DNA of 64,000 bases from contig JAPEUI010000019.1 of NCBI GenBank assembly GCA_026025075.1, forward strand, positions 1 through 64,000. Direction: 5' to 3'. Position 1 is the first letter of the stretch; every line of letters begins with the position of its first letter. Below, piece by piece: positions 12,080-22,556 of this stretch. The notes under the pieces are model-generated. The model was given only the letters and a program-made list of their open reading frames with translations. It ran no database searches and was not told the DNA's origin. The stretch comes from Vezdaea acicularis (lineage: Eukaryota). Made by a program: the position numbers and the translations under genes.

Positions 12080-13274
12080 ATGGCCCACAGTAAGCCCCCC
12101 AAAGCCCCATCCTCAAGGCCATCACTAAAAGCCCTCCTAACTCTCCCTCCCAGGCAAACGCAACACCTCCCTCGCCTTCTTCACTTCACACGAGCGCTCC
12201 CTGCTCAAATCCTCATGGGGCTCACGCTCCACACGACTCTCGCGCGACTCCTTCCTGCCCTTCGCATCATGCATGCTATGCCTGCTCCCCTCGCGCTCCC
12301 CCGTCGCCTGCGCCTCCAACGGCGATATCTTCTGCCGCGAATGCGCGCTCGCGAATATTCTCGCACAGCGAAAAGAGATTAAGCGGCTCGAGAAAGAAGA
12401 GGAGAGGCGGCGAGTGGACGAAGAAGAGGAGGCGCGCAAGGAAGAGGGAGAGGCGCAGGAGCGCGCGGTTTGGGAGTTCGAGCGCGTGCAGGTCGGGCTT
12501 GAAGGGAAGCTTGGTTCGGGGGGGGAGCGGAGTGGTGGGGGAGGAGCGGGGGAAAGGGACGAGGATGGGCGAGAAGAGGAAGAGAAGGGCCAGCCGCGCG
12601 GCAAAAAACGGAAATTCGAACTGGACGAACATGAACTCCTCCATATCGCTTCCTCGGAGCGTGCCCGCACCAAACAAACCCTCCAGACCGAAAAATCCCT
12701 AGCCGCAACCCCCCGCCTCCCCTCCTTCTGGGTGCCCTCCATCACCCCTTCCTCCAACACCACCAACGCCCTCCACCACATCGTCAAAGCCCCAAAACTG
12801 CACCCCGTCTGTCCCGCCTCCGCGCTCGAGAGACCACATCACTACAGTCTTAAAACGCTCGTCGACATTTCTTTTGCGGAGGAGAAAGACGAGAAGAGTG
12901 GGCTGTTGATCAGGGTTTGTCCCAGCTGCAATAAGCCGCTGAGTAATAGTCTCAAGGCGATTCTTACTGTTCCGTGTGGACATGTGCTGTGTAAGCCGTG
13001 TGCGACCAAGTTCATGCAGCCGGTGCCAAGGGATCCGCATTCCCCGGCCGCCGCGGGAGAGGGGGCCGAGGGGGGCGCAGAGGGGGGGAGCGTGGTTTGT
13101 TACGTCTGTTCCACGTCCCTGACCGAGCGGCCGCGGAAGCGGGGCCGCGAGAGTGAAGAGAAAGAGAAAGACAGGCTGAAGCCCGGCCTAGTCGAGCTCA
13201 AGAGCGAGGGCACGGGCTTTGCGGGGGCCGGCAAGAATACGGTGCAGAGGCAGGGCGTGGCGTTTCAGTGCTGA
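12080..13274 (+). CDS. NOSIP: NOSIP-family RING/U-box protein
   Basis: ATG 12080, then an intron, then MAHSKRNTS...SFLPFASCMLCL. Also GDIFCRECALANIL, LPSFWVPS, the C-terminal RING (CPSC...PCGHVLCKPC...CYVC) and EGTGFAG. Confidence 0.85.
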
Positions 13275-13825
13275 CGGGATTATTGGTGGGATAGGCTGGT
13301 GAGTGGCTTACTTCTAGGAATGTGGGGGAGGTGGTTGGAAAGGGAGGCACGGCGGGGGGGTTGGGGGGTGCGGAGGGTGTTGCCTGGATTGTGGGGAGCG
13401 TCGATGCCCCCGCTGCTGCTCTGAACCGAGCCGGGACAGTTGTCAAGAGGAGCCGTGGAAGGTTGCGGTAGTAGGCTGAGGCATCGGTGGGGAAGTCCGG
13501 CTCACTACTCGAGAAGGGGTTCACGATCATTGCATCGTACGCAAAAACACGGACTTAAAGTCCATATGATGCGCAGTGGTCTCGAGGTCATGAATCCCCT
13601 AGATATCTGCAGACAAGAAAGTCCAGGAGGGCCAGCCAAGAAAAAGAATATCATCAAAGCAGTCATCCCGTCCATCCTTCCAAGCATGCATCAGATATCA
13701 GAAACCCCGAAAGAAGAAAAACGCCCCCGCCATACCCGGCACCGTTCAGCCCATCCTTCCCAACGCTCATCGCTCGTGTAGCTAGCAACCAACCAACCAA
13801 GCTGAGAGAGAGAGAAAGGGTGAAT

Positions 13826-14500
13826 TTAGCCACCGAAACCGTACAGAGTGCGGCCTTGGCGCTTGAGGGCGTAGACGACGTCGAGAGAGGTGACGGTCTT
13901 GCGTTTGGCGTGTTCGGTGTAGGTGACGGCGTCGCGGATGACGCCTTCGAGGAAGGTCTTGAGGACGCCGCGGGTTTCTTCGTAGATCACTGGAAGGGGG
14001 GGCATGTTAGTCGTGATACATGGTAAAGGGGGAGACGAGAAGGAGTGAGGATAGGGTTGACGAAACCCAAGGTGCAAGGACAGGAAGAGCTTACTGGCTG
14101 AGATACGCTTGACGCCGCCACGGCGAGCGAGACGACGGATGGCGGGCTTGGTGATGCCCTGGATGTTGTCACGGAGAATCTTGCGGTGACGCTTGGCGCC
14201 CCCCTTTCCGAGACCCTTGCCACCTTTGCCGCCTGCAGATGGGATGTTAGCATGGTGATATTAATTGAAAGTAATCACCATGAGATATACGTCGAGATAG
14301 AGATGAAGTTGTAAAGTAGGTTAGGGGTTAGGGGATGTGTATGTGGAGGGGGATTAGGGTTTGGTGGGGGATCGGAACAGCCGAGGCGAGGAAGAGACAA
14401 TGTCAACACCATCACCAAACCCGACCGAGCCGCCACGACCACGAGAACAACAGAATTTTGCACGCGACGACAAGCACGAAAAGAACTTACGTCCAGTCAT
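13826..14500 (-). CDS. HHF: Histone H4, unpaired copy (no adjacent H3); exons 14500-14491, 14232-14095, 13989-13826
   Basis: Splicing gives [57 protein letters not shown]...TLYGFGG*. Confidence 0.98.
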
Positions 14501-15168
14501 TTTGAATAGTCGAGAGTGATGAAGCGGGTTTGAATATTAGATCTCGTCGTCGCACGGGATGATCAGATGACTTTTTCGGACGAAAACCGATGAAATGGAG
14601 CAGTCGGTCGGTGATGAGATAAACTGGCTTTGTGGACGAGGTGAGAGGAGGGAGAAAGAGGAGGTAGCGAGCGAGGATGATTAAATAGGCCGCACGCTCA
14701 AACCGCGCGACGAGAGAGTGATCTGATCTGACGCGCGTGTGGTGAATGAGGGCCGCTAGCCCCGTTTCGGCGGCTTAGCGGTGCGGTGGATGGCGAGTGC
14801 AGGAACAAGAAGCACAAAGTTCCGTCCGATGCTGCTCGTGGGGAAAAAAGGGAGTCTGTTATGGCGCGTTCAAAAGCTGCTGCTCCAAACGCCGTTTTCT
14901 GCCCTCTCTCGGCTGCCTGCGCCGCCGCGACGTCGCTTAGTTGCTAGCGCCGCTCTAGCGTGCCCAGACCGTGATAAGCGAGCGTGGCCGCCTCAGCCCG
15001 CAAAAGCCTCAATTCGAGCGCCGTCGACTATATGAACGCGAGGGCGCGCCCACCGTCCGCGTCGACCGCCCTCTCTCCCAAACTCCCCAACACGCACCAA
15101 AAACCCCGAATTCGAATCCCAGAGACAAAAATCTCTCTTCTTTCTTGTCATATTAAATAAATACAAGC

Positions 15169-15174
15169 AAAAAA
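15169..15174 (-). terminator. Pol III oligo-T terminator (T6)
   Basis: TTTTTT 6 nt after the 3' arm of the terminal stem. Confidence 0.7.
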
Positions 15175-15335
15175 GAGTTGAGTTCCGGGAGGGGACTGCT
15201 CACCCCGACCTGGTCGGGAGAGTTGAGACCCATATCTATCTCAACAACTGGTCTGGTCAGGCGTGTGACTGGAAAGCCACCGAAGCGGCATTCCAGGCAC
15301 TCGCCCTACCATTAGACCAATCTGCCCCCGGAACT
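15169..15335 (-). ncRNA. Unassigned ~165-nt structured RNA gene with RNA polymerase III hallmarks
   Basis: TATATATA at 15367-15360 (about -30). A box TGGTCTAATGG at +17 to +27. Terminal stem AGTTCCGGG/CCCGGAACT. Long hairpin capped by C-UUCG-G plus two short hairpins. T6 at 15174-15169. G-U pairs fix the strand as minus. Confidence 0.8.
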
Positions 15336-15359
15336 ACGATGGTCTTTGCCTTACAACAA

Positions 15360-15403
15360 TATATATAGCACCCTTCCCAAGGCTACCAAAAGTTGGTTCG
15401 AAC
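15360..15403 (-). promoter_or_regulatory. TATA box (15367-15360) and perfect B box GTTCGAACC (15403-15395) upstream of the ncRNA
   Basis: Direct matches to TATA and to the TFIIIC B-box consensus GTTCRANNC. Confidence 0.6.
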
Positions 15404-16192
15404 TTCGTCTTGCCTAAAGCTGCGCGGAGCACACAGGCTTGCCTTTGATTCTTGATACCTTAGGGAAGAAGATATATACAACTTGCACAGACGTCAGGCC
15501 ACATTTGCGGCTGCTTGCGTCACGCTGACCGGTGTGAGCAGCGCTCCAAAGTGCAGGGCTCCAACTGAGAGGTCTGCGGAACATGTCACCCTTTCCCTCG
15601 ACACAGTCCGATCATCTGCAAGGCTTAGAAGTGCATCTATCTGCAAATATAACTTCCTTTCAATCAAACCAAATTTCCTTGAATTCCCATCCAATCATGT
15701 CGAGCGCGCCCCTTCTGCAGGTTGGTCCAATCATGGCACGGTCCGCCCAAGCTTCTTGGAGGTTAAGGTTATCTTATCTGCTGGATCTATTTACCCCTTT
15801 GGGAGTGCAGCCACCCAGTTACATACTCTGCAATCCGCATCGTAACGTAGCTGTAGCATCCTCCATCAAATGCGTATTATTTCCTTGCTAATAACTTCAC
15901 GATTCCTGTGAGCGCCAGCATTGAGGAATCAGCCCACCGCGAGACTTGACGATCCGGCGTTCGTGTCTCGCTTAATTTATTTTCCTCAACGACGAGAAGC
16001 TCACAGTCCATCTCAACGGAGCGGTAGCTTGCAGCTATACAGAGCATCCTACTGTACAATTTAGGAATCGTGTCCGCATTGCACAGTGACTGATAGCCGT
16101 TCCAATTGCAGAAAGTCTGAGTCGGTTCTCAGACCGCTTCAAGCACATTTGGGCATTTCCGCGCCCCAGCATTTTCACAGCCGGAGCTCAAC

Positions 16193-17354
16193 ATGGCGGT
16201 CACCTCGAGCGCCAATTCTAACGGCTGGTTGGCTCGCAAACATATCGATGGAGTCTATATCCCAGCAGGCCTTTTGATCGTAGGCATGGCGATTGTAAAG
16301 TTTGAATGGATTTTCTTCTCTGTCGCAGCGGCAATAATATTAGGAGGCTGGAAGTTATTTAATAGCCGTAAGTCTCAGATGGATCCTCTCCAAGTCTCCT
16401 CTTTATCTTGGACCTTTGTCTTCCCTTGTCTCAGCGGGCTATGTGCTAACCATGAAATATGGTCCATAGGGGTGAGAAAGGTCCTCAAGCCGAAGGAGTA
16501 CCAGTCTTTTGAATTAAAGGAGAAGACCGTCATAACGCACAATGTTGCGATGTGAGTTGCTCTTTCTATGGAAAGCCTTCTCATACTGAACATTTCTCAG
16601 CTACAGGTTTGGCCTCCCGCGGCCAACAGATATACTAGGCCTGCCCATCGGCCAGCACATCTCGATCCAGGCAGAATGCCCCACCGAAAAGGGTTTAACG
16701 AAGATTACCCGCTCCTACACGCCTGTATCCTCAGATCATGAGCCTGGCCACTTCGACCTCCTCATCAAAAGCTACCCAATGGGCAACATATCAAAGTATA
16801 TGGCTACCCTCAAGATTGGCGAGACAATCAATGTCCAAGGTCCCAAGGGGCAGATGGTGTACACCCCCAACCTGGTCAAGCGTTTCGGCATGATTGCTGG
16901 TGGTACTGGGATCACGCCGATGCTCCAGATCATCCGCGCTGTCATTCGCGGACGGCCGAAGAATGGCGGGAATGACACTACCCGCATCGACCTCATATTC
17001 GCGAACGTCGAGTGGAAGGACATCCTGCTGAAAGAGGACTTGGACGCCCTTGCGGAGGAAGACGACGGCTTCAATGTATACTACGTGCTCAACAGCCCGC
17101 CAGAAGGCTGGAAGGGAGGCGTCGGCTTCGTCTCGCCTGACATGATTAAGGCTAGTATCTTTCTTTCCAGTTCAAAAATAGCACTGCTGACAGACATCTT
17201 ATAGGCCCACCTTCCCCCACCAGGCCCCGACATGAAAATCCTCATCTGCGGTCCCCTGCCCATGGTCAAGGCGATGCAGGCAGCCACCGAAGGTCTGGGT
17301 TACGAGAAAGCCAGCCGCGTCTCCAAGCTACCCGATCAGGTCTTCTGCTTCTAA
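16193..17354 (+). CDS. CBR1: NADH-cytochrome b5 reductase, 4 exons (last intron GC-AG)
   Basis: N-terminal TM anchor, [37 protein letters not shown] and a DQVFCF* end. Confidence 0.95.
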
Positions 17355-17529
17355 TATGAGTTAGAGTTAGATTTCACGCACGCATGTAGACAAGCATCTA
17401 ATGAGCCCAGAACTAGTATTGTGCAGAGCATTCCCAAACCGTGATCATTCGTGACCGATTGCGATGATTCGCTTGACGTCTAGCAGGGTGAGAGTGTCGT
17501 CCCTCGTATAGCTCTGATAGTTACGCACA

Positions 17530-18204
17530 TCACCGATACGCCACCCTCCCCCCTCCCCCCCTCCTCTCCATCTTCTTCTGCCGATTACTCTCCCCTCCCG
17601 CCCCCGCCGCACCTTCTGCGCCCCCCGGCATCATCCCTCCAAACCCCTGCCTCATCCCACTCACTGTCGACCACCCCAGCCACGCCGAATAAAGCGGAAC
17701 CGCGATCTACCCCCCACAAACCCATCAGCATCCACACTCTCCCCCCCCCCAGATATAAAACACCACTCAACACAACAGAAGAAACAAGAACTCACCCAAA
17801 CCCACCACGCCCACCCCCTCCCCACCATCGTCACAAACCCCAATGTTCCCCACGTCCAGTATATAACATCCCACATCCACTCCATCAACCCCGGCGCACC
17901 CAAGTCATCGCCGCTTTTGACCACCCCTCCCTCTTTATTATATGTTGGTCGGCCGGATCGCTCGAGGAAGAGTTCGAGAGCGAGTGAGAGGGGGGTTAGG
18001 AGGGTGTAGGGGAGGAGGGAGAGGTGCGGGGAAAGGAGGAGTCGTCGCGTGTGGAAGAGTGTGTGCAGGAGGAGGGTTACTAGGTGGGTGGTGTTGAGGA
18101 GGTGTCGGTTGGTGTAGGCGAGGGATTTGGTTGCTTTCTATTGGGGGAGGGGGGTTAGTTGGGATGGTGGGGGAGGGGGGGAGGGTGGGGGGTACTTTGG
18201 CCAT
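17530..18204 (-). CDS. SND2: SND2/TMEM208 (DUF788) SRP-independent targeting protein, 3 exons
   Basis: MAK|K start, SGRPTY...SGDDLGAPGLMEWMWDVIYWTW, |IAVPLYS and SNRQKKMERRG. Confidence 0.88.
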
Positions 18205-19253
18205 TGTGTTTGGGGGTTTGGCGGGTGGGTGTTAAGTCTGGAGTGCTGGTGTAGGGATTTGGGTGGACATTGGTTTGGTTGATCTGAGCACTCTTCTATG
18301 TTCTAGGGGTACTTTAGGTTAATAATCGAGCTCGTATATATTTTTGTGGTTTTTTTGGAGAATGCAAGAGCGCAGTTATGGGTTGTTTTAAATTTTACAA
18401 GTTAATAGATCTCAGGCTGGCAAAATGAGTTGTGTCTCCCCAGACGGAGACCCTCAGCACCAAGGATTAGAGCGGAACGAATCAAAGTACAATTGACTAC
18501 TTGGAAGTAAGAGAACATGAAAACATCGCTTCAGCCACTGCAATTAACTAAAGAAATAGAGCAGCGAAATAATTCAAATTCAAAAATTTGATGATTCCAC
18601 TGCCCATATCCCATCGTTCGTGGTTCGTTGCCTTTCGCAACCGAAATATCGCTGGCGAACGCTGCGCGATCCTCAACCAATCAAGGCGCTTACCTGAAAC
18701 TTCGACCACAACATCACGAGTCACATCATCTGGTACTTGCATCTCAACCCAGCGACGGGGCGGAGGAAAGGTATCATACGACGCAACACCAGGGGCTTTT
18801 TCACAGCGACCTTCCGATACATGGAAAGCTGCTGCGCAACTCATCGCATCACCCGCCACTGCCACCTCTCTAGCTATTCCGGAGGCTGGTAAATTGTTAC
18901 AGACTCATAGCACCGCGAAAAAGTTGCGCACCTCCTCATCAGCTTTGACGTCTCAACTCCCAACATCGTCCAACGCTGAGCTGAGTCTGCTCTTATCGAC
19001 AGGGGCTGTTTCTGTCACCTAACCCCTCGAAAAGCTCACCCCGACCTCATTCTTTGTATCCTCTCCCATCACCTCACGGCGAAACCATCGCTCCGTTATC
19101 CGCCAAGCTAGGAAACCACGAAACGGCCCTCCATGCATGGGGTATCAGTAGCTGTTCTGGTGCCCGCTCCTTACTATCAGTAGCCAGCACTCGATCTGCG
19201 CCGGCCACTGCGACGCTGTAGGGCGAGAGACTCTTCATCTGATGCAGTTCACC

Positions 19254-21950
19254 ATGATGTCGCCGCCAAACCAGTACATTGCGGATCAGCTCCGCCACCT
19301 CGTGTATTACCACCTCGACAACAACCTGCCAAATAATGCTGCTTTCGTGGCGGGCCGACTGCACGCCTATGAGCCTCGGTCATCTGAGGCCTCTTGCCTG
19401 CTCGCCTTGTGTCACATACGCCTTGGCGAACTTAAAGCAGCTTACGACATTAGTAGGACCTCTGGGGCGAGAGGTTCGCACTTAGGGTGCGCATACACAT
19501 TTGCTCAAGCCTGTTTGGGGCTGGGGAGATTCAAGGAGGGGATCAATGCCCTTGACAGGAGTAAAATGCAATGGAGTACGCGGAACAGCTGGAGTAGGTC
19601 AAACCAATGGCGCATGCGATGGGTGGCTGGGCTAACGATTTCTTAAGACAAGCATTCAGAGTCCACTCGGAAGGCTCTTCCTGATGCGTCAGCGGTATGG
19701 TGTCTTTTGGGCAAGTTATGGTCAGGCTACAAAGACATCAAGAAGGCGATAGACTGCTATGCCCAAGCACTTACACATAATCCATTCATGTGGGATGCAT
19801 ACATTGGCCTCTGCGACACAGGTAGGAGAGTTTTATCTGTTTTCATCAGTCACCCTGCTGACCAATTACAAATAAAGGAGCTAGCATCAGGGTGCAAAAT
19901 ATCTTTCGAGCCAATCCTGAGATGCTTGCGATGCTCTCCGCTAAGACGCCTCTGGATTCGAGGACCGAGTCGATGACCATACTAGAAGAGCCTACACCTC
20001 GGCCCGCGCCTTTGCAGTCGCAACGTAGTGTGAACAGCTCGCTGGCACCGTCAATGACTGATCCCTTTGGTGCTTCTAACGGTCGAGGGCAAGAACAAGG
20101 CACATCGAACGCTGGAAATGGCGGATTATTTCGCAAGTTCAATGAAAGCGCATTAGCGAACCTGGGATCGATTGGTGGGAGTAGAAATCATGGGAGGGAG
20201 GCCACGGAAACTCCAACTGCAAATACTCACACCGAACAAAGCGCCAGAACAGTCAACCATTCTTTAGTTCCAACCGTGGCCGAACCACCTCAAGCTCCTA
20301 TGAGGAGGGCTCGCACAGCGCAACCGCATTTTGAAACGGGCACAGATGGTCCTCCGAAGATGCGATCTGCATCTGTCAGATCTCGAGGCAGGAGAGGGGA
20401 CGATGCAGAGGCATCAGACGTCAGTACCACCACTTCACAAAGTTCAGCGCATCCAGAACCGAGCTCACTGCACGGTCATTCCGAACCGAGCTCCGTCCAT
20501 GGCCATCCAGAGCGCAAGCGCACGGTCTCTGGACAAGTTCCTCCGACCAATACCTCGCGTTCAAACGACCCAAACTTAGCACCACAGCGTAGGTCCGATC
20601 GGCTACTGAATCAAATTAGACCGATAAGTAACAAATGGTCCTCTGCTACAGGAGGTATAGGTTCGCGGGAAGGAAGGGAGCTGCGGAAGGCCAAAGCAAC
20701 CGGGACTAAAGGTCGGGTGGGCTCAACAACAGCATCAAATGGCGGGAGAGTCGTCAGCGTAAATCGAAGACCGATGGAAGTGATGGACGTCGATGCGAAA
20801 GAGCAACGCCCTCCACTGCCCACAGTCGCTGTTGCGCAATCAGAAGCCTCAAATAACAACAAGCTCGACATCTCGAAGCAACAAGAGGCTTTGCAATGGA
20901 TCCTAGAGCTGTTCAGCAAGCTTGGTCATGGGTACTTCTGTCTCACACATTTCCACTGCGAGAAAGCCCTCCAAATCTTCGGGACATTACCAACGCCACA
21001 ACGAGAGACGCCGTGGGTCCTAGCGCAGATGGGGAAAGCTAACTATGAGCAAGCATCATATAAAGAGGCGGAGGAAAACTTTGCAAAGCTACGCGGTCTT
21101 GCTCCTGCAAGAATGGAGGATATGGAAGTCTACTCGACAGTCCTCTGGCATCTAAAGAAAGATGTCGAGCTAGCGTTCCTCGCCCACGAGCTGATGGACG
21201 TCAGCCGATTATCTCCACAAGCATGGTGCGCTATAGGTAATTCCTTCTCGTTGCAGAGAGAGCATGATCAAGCTTTGAAGTGCTTTAAGCGGGCGACACA
21301 GCTGGATCAGAACTTCGCATATGCATTCACATTACAGGGCCATGAACACGTCGCCAACGAGGAATTCGACAAAGCACAGGCATCATACCGAGCTGGGATC
21401 AGGGTGGACTGTAGGCATTATAACTCATGGTATGGCCTCGGGAAGGTATATGAGAAGATGGGCAAATATGCCACTGCTGAGAAGCATTATAAGACCGCTG
21501 CCCAGATCAACTCCAGGAACCCTGTGTTGATATGTTGTATTGGTGGGGTGCTGGAGAAGCTAAGACAACCTTCAGATGCTCACGAGCAATACCATCGGGC
21601 GTGCGAGCTCGCGCCTCGCTCAGCTCTTGCCAGATTCAAGAAGGCACGAGTATTGATGAATATGCAAGAGCCGGGACTCGCACTTTCAGACCTCATGATT
21701 TTGAAGGACATTGCGCCCGAAGAGGCCAACGTGCATTACCTGCTCGGTCGCCTCTACAAGATGCTTCGTCAAAAGGCAAATGCCATCAAGCATTTCACTA
21801 TCGCTATGAATCTGGACCCTAAGGTATTCCCCTATCACACTCATATAAAAGTACTCGGCTAACCGCAACAAGGCTGGAGCCTACATCAAGACCGCCATCG
21901 AATCTTTGGAGGATGACGAAGATGACGAAGATTTCGACGGCATCTCATAA
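19254..21950 (+). CDS. CDC27: Anaphase-promoting complex TPR subunit Cdc27/BimA/Nuc2, 4 exons
   Basis: QLRHLVYYHLDN N-terminus, NPFMWDA, and C-terminal TPRs (MEVYSTVLWHLK, SPQAWCAIGNSFSLQREH, FAYAFTLQGHE, HYNSWYGLG). Confidence 0.95.
20450..20512 (+). repeat. 27-bp in-frame tandem duplication (HPEPSSLHG/HSEPSSVHG/HPE) in the Cdc27 disordered loop
   Basis: catccagaaccgagctcactgcacggt followed by cattccgaaccgagctccgtccatggc and catccagag. Confidence 0.8.
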
Positions 21951-22432
21951 TCGCACCACACAAAACTGCATTTCTTGGCATCGGCACATGGGTTTGTAAC
22001 TTCTGGAGCGTTTCTTTTGGGCGAGCACTGGTTTGGCTTGCTTGCATATGCACATATACACACGGCTTTGGAATAACCCTCCCCCTTTCCCGACCTTGAT
22101 CATTCATACCTATGAATTGAACGCTCCCTGGGCAAAATGACTTACGGAAGCGAGTACAGACGCATGGAGGTATGAACGTACTGGGAACGGCGTTTGCTGG
22201 AAGGCGTATGAAACCATGTGCGGTCTGTACTATAGCATCAGATGGCGTTGCATTATCGTCGGCTGAGGAAAGCGGGCTGGCATACGTCTAATAGATAATG
22301 CAATGCATAAAGACCTTCGTTGATAAGGGAACAATGGGGAACTACTTGTGAACGAGTATGAAGGGGCTGAAAGGGGGCGCGAATCTAGCGAACGTTCGAC
22401 AACACCCTGTCGCTTGATGCACCCCACCATGC

Positions 22433-22463
22433 ACGCGTGTTTAAAGTGTCGGAACCGACGCGT
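22433..22463. promoter_or_regulatory. Two MCB-like ACGCGT boxes upstream of URA7
   Basis: ACGCGT at 22433-22438 and 22458-22463, about 95-125 nt upstream of the ATG. Function is inferred only. Confidence 0.4.
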
Positions 22464-22556
22464 GAAATATATTGCCCCACGTTCTCTTCATTTCTCTGCT
22501 CCTACGAACCCCTCCCCTCCTGTACTCACGAAGGGCGCAACTCACAGACTGCAACC

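Noticed and set aside
15193..15215. GAC-CAGG...AGCA-GUC in the ncRNA resembles SRP RNA helix 8, and a TGTAA lies upstream like a fungal Alu loop
   Set aside because: There are only 8 nt between CAGG and AGCA, with no GNRA-capped stem. A stronger competing hairpin exists, the RNA is short for an ascomycete SRP RNA, and the TGTAA lies between the TATA and the likely start. Disfavoured, but cmscan should confirm.
15260..15330. tRNA-like 5' half (GGGCAGA TT GGTC TAATGGT)
   Set aside because: No anticodon stem or T-loop can be formed; only the A box is shared.
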